Below are positions 8,170 to 15,188 of a stretch of DNA of 35,489 nt, in pieces. How positions within the stretch are numbered: the stretch's first letter is position 1; every line of letters starts with the position of its first letter. Source of the DNA: Armatimonadota bacterium (GTDB lineage: Bacteria > Armatimonadota > Fimbriimonadia > Fimbriimonadales > GBS-DC); contig JBBIJY010000027.1 in assembly GCA_037445735.1 (NCBI GenBank), forward strand, positions 1-35,489, written 5' to 3'. The notes beneath the pieces were generated by a model, which ran no database searches, had not been told where the DNA came from, and worked only from the letters and a program-made list of their open reading frames with translations. The position numbers and the translations under genes were made by a program.

Positions 8170-9909
8170 ATGGATGAGTTATCGGTATTACGGGCGCGGG
8201 CGAGCGTCCGCTACGGGCAGATTCCACGCAGGGTGCTGGCGTTCTATTACGGCTGGTACGGCAACCCGCAGGTGTCGGGACGCTGGCTGCACTGGGAACA
8301 GGTGGACACGGTGCGCCAGCAGATAGGCAGCAGCACGCACTATCCCCTGCTCGGCGCCTACGATTCGCACGACCCGAAGGTCATCCGTCAGCATTGTCAG
8401 TGGGCGCGTGAGGCGAATCTGGACGGCTTCATCCTCAGCTGGTGGTCAAGGGGCGATTTCCACGATCAGGGCGTGCCGCTGATGCTGGACGCCGCCCGCC
8501 AGCACAACCTGCAGGTCAGCATCTACTACGAAATCGTGCCCGTGCCTGGCAATCCCGATAGCGTCGTGGCGGACTGGCTCTATCTGCTGCGCCAGTACGG
8601 CGACCATCCCGCGTGGCTTAAGGTGGATAGCAAGCCTGTGATTTTTGTGTACGGTCGTGCGCTGGGTCAGCTCAGCCTGATGCAGTGGGCGAGCGTGCTG
8701 GAGCAGGTGAACCGACAGCATAAGGCGGGCGTGTGCGCGATTGCTGACCAGCTCAGCAAAAGCGCCGCGCGAATCTTCGACGGCATCCACACCTATAATA
8801 TCTGCGACCGCCTGCAGGGTCTGCCTGTGGATGCGGTGCAGGCGGCGGTGGAGCGCATCTATCGCGAGCCGTTGCAAATCGCGGGTCAGCTCGGACGCAT
8901 CGCCTGTGCCACGATTATCCCTGGCTATGATGACACCAGAATCCGCCAGCCGGGCATCCGCGCGGAGCGGTTCAACGGCGACTCGTATCGGAACCAGTGG
9001 CAGGCGGTGCTGACTCTCAATCCCGACTGGGTGCTGATCACCAGTTTCAACGAGTGGCACGAGGGCAGTGAGATAGAGCCATCGGTCGAGCATGGCGACC
9101 GCTATCTGAAGTTGACAGCGGAGTATGTGCCGCGCTTTCGGCAGTTGCCGGAGCGTCCGCGCATGGCGCCGCCGCTGACGGCTATCACGGGCGAGAAGCT
9201 GAACGCCCTGCGCCGCCGCTGGCGCGGAAAGCGCATCGGCATCCTGCCAGGCGGCGCGTCCGAGGCGCTCTTCTGGCTTATCGATGCGGGGCTGGAGCTG
9301 GAGATGCTATCGTATGAAGCGGTTGTGCAGGCAGGCGAGCTGACCCCTGACCGATACGCCACGCTGGTCTATCTGGGTGGCGAGTCGTATCGCGCGTCGG
9401 TGCGGGAGGCGGGCGATTTTGACCGCGCGCTGCGAGGCTATCTGCAGGCGGGTGGGACGCTGGTGGCGCTGCCGTCCGCGCCGTTCCCCTTCTATTATGA
9501 TGGCGAGCGCCCCGTTCAGCGAGCCAGCATGTTCGGCTTGACGATCGCGGGCAGTGCGACACCGCCTGTGGCGGGTCAGACGGGCTTTGAACAGCCGCCC
9601 GCCAGCGTGCGGTTCCATTTCCGCTGCGACACACGCCGCCTGCCCGATATGCCCGCCCGGCTACCGTTCCCGGAAGGAGGCGACCGCCGCTGGCGACCGA
9701 TGCTCAAGCCCGACCCGCCGCACCAATACATCCCGCTCATTACGCTGGTCGATTCGGATGGTCGCCGCTGGGGCGAGGGCGCCGCCGTTATTCGCTATCG
9801 CGCGGGCGAGCTGAAGGGCGCGCAGGTGGCTTATGTGTGGTTCCGTCTGCTGGAGATGCCGCAGGCACCCGCCCTGCTGAATAACCTCTGGATGCTGCTG
9901 ACGAACTAA
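8170..9909 (+). CDS. Glycoside hydrolase, GH99-like (GH71/99 clan), with C-terminal extension
   Basis: AFYYGWYGNP, YPLLGAYDSHD, PGYDD and ITSFNEWHEGSEIEP (ExxE motif). Confidence 0.85.
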   Translation: MDELSVLRARASVRYGQIPRRVLAFYYGWYGNPQVSGRWLHWEQVDTVRQQIGSSTHYPLLGAYDSHDPKVIRQHCQWAREANLDGFILSWWSRGDFHDQGVPLMLDAARQHNLQVSIYYEIVPVPGNPDSVVADWLYLLRQYGDHPAWLKVDSKPVIFVYGRALGQLSLMQWASVLEQVNRQHKAGVCAIADQLSKSAARIFDGIHTYNICDRLQGLPVDAVQAAVERIYREPLQIAGQLGRIACATIIPGYDDTRIRQPGIRAERFNGDSYRNQWQAVLTLNPDWVLITSFNEWHEGSEIEPSVEHGDRYLKLTAEYVPRFRQLPERPRMAPPLTAITGEKLNALRRRWRGKRIGILPGGASEALFWLIDAGLELEMLSYEAVVQAGELTPDRYATLVYLGGESYRASVREAGDFDRALRGYLQAGGTLVALPSAPFPFYYDGERPVQRASMFGLTIAGSATPPVAGQTGFEQPPASVRFHFRCDTRRLPDMPARLPFPEGGDRRWRPMLKPDPPHQYIPLITLVDSDGRRWGEGAAVIRYRAGELKGAQVAYVWFRLLEMPQAPALLNNLWMLLTN

Positions 9910-9936
9910 AAAGGGGCTGGGATGGATCCAGCCCCT
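9908..9936 (-). terminator. Intrinsic terminator of the PEP-CTERM gene
   Basis: AGGGGCTGG-N7-CCAGCCCCT stem; the A-run at 9908-9912 gives a U-tract on the minus strand. Confidence 0.7.
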
Positions 9937-9960
9937 GATCACCCGGAAAGGCGACTGCGG

Positions 9961-10617
9961 TTAACGCTTGCGCCGTCGCAGCATCAGACCTGCCAGACCA
10001 GCGCCCAGCGCCAGCAAACTCGCCGGCTCCGGCACCCAGTCCTGCTCCACCAGCAACAGCGACGCTGTCGAAGTGCCCGGCGCAGGTGCCCCATCAATAT
10101 GCAACAGGAACACCTCGAACACCATGAAGTTGTTCGACGGGCTGGACAGAGTATAGGACTGGTTCAGGCTGAAGGCGCCATCGGTGCCACCGTAGGCGGA
10201 ACCGCTCCAGACCCAGCTGCCCGTGAACAGCACCTCGCTCGTGCCCAGGTCGACCACCTTCTTGAAGCCGATGACCTGACCGAACTCGAACACGAAGCCG
10301 CGGACAACGAAGTTAAAGCCGGTCAGCAGCCCCTTGCTGCTGGAGGTGTCGGTCACGGTGTAGATGCCCACGAAGGTGCCGTTAGTGAAGTTGGTGCCAT
10401 TGCCCACAGTGATAGGGAACGGATTGCCCGCGTTGGTGTTGAAGGTCACCTGTGGCAGCGGATTTTCCACCACCGTAGTCGGGACGGTCGTCACGGCAGC
10501 ACCAGGGTTCAGCACGCCCTGCGAGGTGACAATGGTGACATCCCAGCCTGACGCCAGCGCGTTAGCCGCGAGCGTCGCCGCAGCGATTACAAGCAGCCAG
10601 TTTTTGACCCGCATCAT
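9961..10617 (-). CDS. PEP-CTERM sorting-domain exported protein
   Basis: AAGGAGG SD, signal peptide MMRVKNWLLVIAAATLAANALA, and C-terminal VPEPASLLALGAGLAGLMLRRRKR. Confidence 0.93.
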   Translation of the reverse strand: MMRVKNWLLVIAAATLAANALASGWDVTIVTSQGVLNPGAAVTTVPTTVVENPLPQVTFNTNAGNPFPITVGNGTNFTNGTFVGIYTVTDTSSSKGLLTGFNFVVRGFVFEFGQVIGFKKVVDLGTSEVLFTGSWVWSGSAYGGTDGAFSLNQSYTLSSPSNNFMVFEVFLLHIDGAPAPGTSTASLLLVEQDWVPEPASLLALGAGLAGLMLRRRKR

Positions 10618-10695
10618 CAGTATCCTCCTTTCTGCGGTTTTCAGGTGCAGTGCTTCGGGCGAAAACCAGCAAATGCACCTGTACCTGTTGCCCCT

Positions 10696-10725
10696 ATTAT
10701 ACCCCATCGATGATGCCTTTGTCAA
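10696..10725 (-). promoter_or_regulatory. Consensus sigma70 promoter of the PEP-CTERM gene
   Basis: Minus strand TTGACA-N18-TATAAT. Confidence 0.8.
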
Positions 10726-10734
10726 GGGGTCAGG

Positions 10735-10865
10735 GAGGCTGTTCGAAAAATCCACCCAGAGGCAAGGATGCCCCTCACCCCTACCCTCTCCCCAGTGGGG
10801 AGAGGGTAGGGGTGAGGGGGCTTTACACAGGCGGATAGGATGCCCGCGAATTTTCGAACAGCCTC
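10735..10865. mobile_element. 131-bp MITE with 15-bp terminal inverted repeats and 10-bp target-site duplication
   Basis: GAGGCTGTTCGAAAA at 10735-10749 and TTTTCGAACAGCCTC at 10851-10865, flanked by AGGGGTCAGG at 10725-10734 and 10866-10875. Internal perfect palindrome at 10771-10819. Confidence 0.9.
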
Positions 10866-10881
10866 AGGGGTCAGGTGTTTT

Positions 10882-11112
10882 TTAGGGCATATAGGTGACG
10901 ATCGCCGTCAGCACGAAGAAGGCAACTGCCAGAATAAGGGTGAGGCGTGATAGCGCGTCCTCAAAGCCGGGCTTCGCTTTGATATAAGTGCCTTCCGCCG
11001 AGCCAGGCGAGAAGATACCCTCCGCGCGCGAGGTCTGGATCGCGACCAGCCCGATAAAAAGCACCATGATGAGAATATCTATCCAGGTCAGGACCTCCTT
11101 GATAATATCCAT
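10882..11112 (-). CDS. secG: Preprotein translocase subunit SecG
   Basis: 76 aa with two TM helices, a Q..EG.F loop and an L.RLT.ILA..F pattern; directly downstream of tatA. Confidence 0.8.
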   Translation of the reverse strand: MDIIKEVLTWIDILIMVLFIGLVAIQTSRAEGIFSPGSAEGTYIKAKPGFEDALSRLTLILAVAFFVLTAIVTYMP

Positions 11113-11140
11113 TCTCTGGCTCCTGTCTCCTGTCTAAAGA

Positions 11141-11341
11141 CTATCGGTGTCGGGTGAGGTCATCGCGCAGCTCATCGATAGGCTCCTCGAAGGAGCGGGA
11201 GACCTCCTCGCCGGCGCGCTTGAACTCGCGCATTGCCTGCCCCACGGAGCGCGCGATCTCGGGCAATTTGCGCGGTCCGAAAATGAGCAGCGCGATCACG
11301 AACAGCACCATCAATTCGCCGAATCCGATGCTCCCGAACAT
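11141..11341 (-). CDS. tatA: Twin-arginine translocase TatA/TatE subunit
   Basis: MFGSIGFGELMVLFVIALLIFGPRKLPEIARSVGQAMREFK. Confidence 0.92.
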   Translation of the reverse strand: MFGSIGFGELMVLFVIALLIFGPRKLPEIARSVGQAMREFKRAGEEVSRSFEEPIDELRDDLTRHR

Positions 11342-11373
11342 AGCCTGTGCCTCCGCACTCTATTTTACCCGAT

Positions 11374-12618
11374 TCATGCAGCGGGTGTGATCGCCACCAC
11401 CGTGCGGCGGTCGAAATCGAACAGCTCGTTTGCCAGCGCGTGCAGGTGTTCAGGCTGCACGGCGTCGATTCGGGCGACCACTTCCTCCATCGGCACCACC
11501 TCGCCGCGCATCAGCACCTCGCTGCCGATGAGTTCCGCGCGGGTCTGCATCGCTTCCAGCGCCAGCAGGCGGGCGCCCTTGAGCTGGTTGCGTGCGCTGA
11601 GCGTCTCCTCCTCGCCGGGTGGCTCGCGACGCAGGCGATCCAGCTCCGCGTTCACCAGATCGATTACCTGCTCGAACTGCTCTTCGGCGGTGCCGCCGTA
11701 AATCACAAACAGTCCACCGTCCGACATGGGCAGCGAGTAGCTGCCGATCTCGTAAGCCAGTCCGCGCCGCTCGCGAATCTCCTGCCACAGGCGGCTGAAC
11801 ATGCTATCGCCCAGCAGGCTGTTCAGCACCGCCAGCGCGTAGCGGCGCTCGTCCCGAAACGACACGCCATCCATACCGACGCAGAAATGTACCTGCTCCA
11901 CCTCGCGCGGGAAAGTTTGAAAATGATAGCCTTCAGGCACCCGGCGGGGCGGTTTAAAATCGTCCGTCAGCGGCTCCGTGGGGTTCGCCTTCCAGTCGCC
12001 CAGCCAGCGCTCCACCTCGTGGACCAGCGATTCGGGGTCGAAGTTGCCCGCCGCCGAAATCACCATACGCTCCGGGCGATAGTAGGTGTGAATAAACGCC
12101 ATCAGACTGTCGCGGGTGAACGCGCTGACCGTTTCAGGCGAGCCGATAATGCGCCTGCCCAGCGGATGACCTGCCCAGTGAACCTCTGCGAACAGATCGT
12201 GCAGCACCTCGTCGGGTGAATCTTCAATCATGCGCATCTCTTCCAGCACCACGCGCTTCTCCCGCTCCAGCTCGTCGGCGTCCAGCGTGGCGTTCAGCAG
12301 CAGATCGCTCAGCACCTCCACCGCGATTGGCAGATGCTCGCTCAGCACGCGCGCGTAGTAGCAGGTCAGCTCTTTGCCCGTGGAGGCGTTCAGGATACCG
12401 CCGCGCCCTTCAATTGCCTGCGCGATTTGAACCGCCGTGCGGTTCTTCGTGCCCTTGAACAGCATATGCTCCAGAAAGTGCGCCATCCCGTGCTGATGGG
12501 GCTTTTCGTAGCGGGAGCCGCTTTTGACCCAGAAGCAGAGAGCGACCGAGCGCACCGTCGGCACAGGCTCCATCACGATTCGAACGCCGTTCGCCAGCGT
12601 CGCATGTACCAGATTCAT
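11374..12618 (-). CDS. M16 family (pitrilysin-like) zinc peptidase
   Basis: TLANGVRIV, GSRYE, GMAHFLEHMLFKGT (HxxEH), NAST.KE.T.YY and SRLWQEIRERRGLAY. Confidence 0.93.
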   Translation of the reverse strand: MNLVHATLANGVRIVMEPVPTVRSVALCFWVKSGSRYEKPHQHGMAHFLEHMLFKGTKNRTAVQIAQAIEGRGGILNASTGKELTCYYARVLSEHLPIAVEVLSDLLLNATLDADELEREKRVVLEEMRMIEDSPDEVLHDLFAEVHWAGHPLGRRIIGSPETVSAFTRDSLMAFIHTYYRPERMVISAAGNFDPESLVHEVERWLGDWKANPTEPLTDDFKPPRRVPEGYHFQTFPREVEQVHFCVGMDGVSFRDERRYALAVLNSLLGDSMFSRLWQEIRERRGLAYEIGSYSLPMSDGGLFVIYGGTAEEQFEQVIDLVNAELDRLRREPPGEEETLSARNQLKGARLLALEAMQTRAELIGSEVLMRGEVVPMEEVVARIDAVQPEHLHALANELFDFDRRTVVAITPAA

Positions 12619-12626
12619 AACCCCAC

Positions 12627-12651
12627 AGTATACCTCTTCATGAGGTATACT
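12627..12651. promoter_or_regulatory. Palindromic divergent promoter or operator
   Basis: AGTATACCTC-TTCAT-GAGGTATACT is a perfect 10-bp inverted repeat; each arm gives an outward-facing TATACT. Confidence 0.6.
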
Positions 12652-12670
12652 CCATAGCGGGTGATTTAAA

Positions 12671-14035
12671 ATGCAAGGCTGGCGTTTGTGGGGCGTTTGG
12701 GTGCTGCTTGCTGCCGCGCTCGCCGTCAGTGCGCAGGCAGACAGCAAGAAGTCCACTGTCTACTACATCGAGTTCCGCGAGATTGTGCATCGCGCGTCGG
12801 CGGACTATCTGATTCGGGCGTTGCAGGAGGCGCGCGCGAATCGGGCAGCCGCGTTCGTGGTGCTGTTAGATACGCCTGGGGGTGAGCTGCAGGCGACGCG
12901 CGACATCACGATGGCGCTGCTCAACAGCCCTGTACCGACGGTGGTCTATGTGTACCCGTCGGGCGCGCGGGCAGGCTCCGCTGGCGTGTTCATCACGATT
13001 GCCTCCCACATCGCCGCGATGGCGCCCGGCACCAACATCGGCGCCGCCACGCCCGTCTCCGGCAGCGGCGAGGATATCCCGAAGGACCTCAAGCGCAAGG
13101 TGATGAACGACACCATCGCCTATGCGCGCACGCTCGCCCGCCAGCGCGGACGCAACGAGGAGTGGGTGGTCAAAGCCGTCACCGAAGCCGCCTCCATCCC
13201 CGAAGAGGACGCCAAGCGCAACCGCGTGATCGACATCATCGCGACCGATATGGGCGATTTACTGCGCCAGATGGATGGGCGTAGGGTGAAGCTGGTTAAC
13301 GGCTCCGTCATCACCCTGCGGACGGAAAACGCCGCCACGCGCGAGGTGCCCAAAACCTGGCGCGAAATCCTGCTCACTTTCCTCGCGCACCCGAATGTGT
13401 TCTATATCCTGATGATGCTGGGTGTGTACGGCATCCTGTTCGAGCTGCAGAATCCGGGCGCGACGCTGCCGGGCGTGGTGGGCGTTATCTCGCTGCTGCT
13501 GGCGCTCTATGCGGCGTCGGTGCTGCCGCTGAACGCGCTGGGCGTGGCGATGATCCTGCTGGCGTTCGCGCTCTTTATTGCCGACCTGTTCGCGCCCTCG
13601 CACGGGGTTCTCACAGCGGGCGCGATTATCTCCTTCGCGATCGGCTCGCTGATCCTGTTCCAGTCCGATTCGCCCGTGTTGCGGGTGAGCCTGTGGCTGG
13701 TGGGCACGATGACGGCGCTGACCGCAGCGCTGTTCGTGTGGATTGGCTATTCGGGCGTGCGGGCGCAGTTCCGTCGCAAGGAGAGCGGCTGGGAGCGGCT
13801 GATTGGACAGGTCGGGCGCGTGCGCGCCAAGCTCAACCCTGAAGGCATGGTGTTCGTGGACGGCGCGCTCTGGCGAGCGGTCGCGCTGGACCCGCCCATC
13901 GAAGAGGGCGAGTATGTGCAGGTGGAGCGCGTGGAAGGGCTGACCCTCTATGTGCGCTGGATGCCCGCCCCCAACACCCCGATTAATCACCGCTCAACTG
14001 AACAACCGCCTGCCGAGTCGGAAAGGGTTCAATAA
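12671..14035 (+). CDS. nfeD: NfeD family membrane-bound serine protease (long form)
   Basis: LDTPGG, GARAGSAG, AMAPGTNIGAATP, a TM region, and a C-terminal OB-like GMVFVDGALWRA...VEGLTLYV. Confidence 0.92.
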   Translation: MQGWRLWGVWVLLAAALAVSAQADSKKSTVYYIEFREIVHRASADYLIRALQEARANRAAAFVVLLDTPGGELQATRDITMALLNSPVPTVVYVYPSGARAGSAGVFITIASHIAAMAPGTNIGAATPVSGSGEDIPKDLKRKVMNDTIAYARTLARQRGRNEEWVVKAVTEAASIPEEDAKRNRVIDIIATDMGDLLRQMDGRRVKLVNGSVITLRTENAATREVPKTWREILLTFLAHPNVFYILMMLGVYGILFELQNPGATLPGVVGVISLLLALYAASVLPLNALGVAMILLAFALFIADLFAPSHGVLTAGAIISFAIGSLILFQSDSPVLRVSLWLVGTMTALTAALFVWIGYSGVRAQFRRKESGWERLIGQVGRVRAKLNPEGMVFVDGALWRAVALDPPIEEGEYVQVERVEGLTLYVRWMPAPNTPINHRSTEQPPAESERVQ

Positions 14036-14114
14036 ACTAAATTGCTGGAACCCGCTCGATGAAGAGGTGAGCCGGCTCCAGTGGTTGAGCCTCTCTTCAT
14101 TTGATGGATCCGCT

Positions 14115-14274
14115 GGCTCTGTTGCAAGGATGCTCGTTCCCCCTTTTGGACACAGCGGGTTTCGCCGCTTCAGGGGCGCGGCGACCGCGCCCCTACCCAT
14201 GCCGCATGCCTGTAGCAGGGTGCGGGAACTGCACCCTGCTTTTGAATGCCTGTCCTCTTTGCAACAGAGCAGGT
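14115..14274. mobile_element. ~160-bp inverted-repeat element enclosing two GTAG-led hairpins (REP doublet-like)
   Basis: GCTCTGTTGCAA at 14116-14127 and TTGCAACAGAGC at 14259-14270; hairpins at 14172-14194 and 14214-14240. Confidence 0.65.
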
Positions 14275-14642
14275 CAGTTGTTTGATTCAGGATGCAGATC
14301 TTCGCCACCCTCCGTCGCGATAATTGCTCTTAGCTGTTCGATCAGGGGAGGCAGATCATCCTGAATAGTTTTCCAGAGGATATCCAGATTGATATCATAA
14401 TAAGCATGGATGAGCCGATTGCGCATACCGATGATGTCGCCCCAGGGTATCTCTGGATATTGCTCTCGGATTTCAGCGCTGAGTCGGCTGGCTGCCTCTC
14501 CGATAATCTCTATACATCTGATGAGCGCAAAAGCAAGCATTCGGTCCGTTTCAAGGTCCTGTCGGGTTCGCCCCTGTGAAAATGCCAGCGCGTCTTGAGC
14601 CGCTTCCAGCATATGTTGTAAACGCACCCAATCATCGTGCAT
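14274..14642 (-). CDS. HEPN/DUF86 (HepT-like) ribonuclease toxin
   Basis: EIIGEAA and [17 protein letters not shown] (RX4HXY). Confidence 0.92.
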   Translation of the reverse strand: MHDDWVRLQHMLEAAQDALAFSQGRTRQDLETDRMLAFALIRCIEIIGEAASRLSAEIREQYPEIPWGDIIGMRNRLIHAYYDINLDILWKTIQDDLPPLIEQLRAIIATEGGEDLHPESNN

Positions 14643-14946
14643 GATAAATCACCTTTGCCATGTTTAGCACTGCATCCCGAAAGTGGCGGCTCAGATCCTC
14701 TGGGGTGCGAAGGTCTATTTTGCGTCCTCCAAAGAGGGCTGATAGCTCTCGCTCGAGGCGAGCCATCTGAAGCAAGCTGGGCGTATATCCCTGCTCGAAC
14801 TCCACCAGCAAATCGATATCACTGTCGGGGCGGAAGTCGCTCCGCAAAGCGGAGCCGAACACCGCCAGCCGACGGATATGATTTTTCCGGCAGAACGCTC
14901 GCAGTTGCTTTACCTCTATCGGAAAGGGCAAAGTGCGCATCGTCAT
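14632..14946 (-). CDS. Minimal nucleotidyltransferase (MntA-like) antitoxin
   Basis: [22 protein letters not shown] (GSX10DXD); overlaps the HEPN start. Confidence 0.92.
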   Translation of the reverse strand: MTMRTLPFPIEVKQLRAFCRKNHIRRLAVFGSALRSDFRPDSDIDLLVEFEQGYTPSLLQMARLERELSALFGGRKIDLRTPEDLSRHFRDAVLNMAKVIYHAR

Positions 14947-14957
14947 CCCACTTCAAG

Positions 14958-15113
14958 TCAGATTGTACCCCCAACGCACGCATACACTAACAGGTCGCTC
15001 TCAGGCGTTGCCTCACCGCGCGCATACGAGCCGAACACCGCCACCCGCTTCACATACGGCTTCAGCAGAGGCAGTACCTTCGCACGCAGCTCCTCAACAG
15101 GGTCGCTTTTCAT
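14958..15113 (-). pseudogene. Truncated MNT nucleotidyltransferase
   Basis: Manual translation MKSDPVEELRAKVLPLLKPYVKRVAVFGSYARGEATPESDLLVYACVGGTI*; it breaks at the DxD motif. Confidence 0.8.
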
Positions 15114-15188
15114 TCCTCATAGATTGTACCCGCTAACGAACCAGAGGGGTATACTTCTGTCAGGAAGTGTTCAGGGGAGGTGTCGCCC

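Noticed and set aside
10618-10755. N-terminal extension of the PEP-CTERM ORF
   Set aside because: It spans the promoter and MITE end; the SD and signal peptide support ATG 10617.
12619-12756. N-terminal extension of the M16 peptidase ORF
   Set aside because: It overlaps nfeD, and family similarity starts at Met 12618.
14058-14101. ATGAAGAG...CTCTTCAT hairpin downstream of nfeD as a terminator
   Set aside because: It has a large irregular loop and a weak U-tract, which is not enough support to call.
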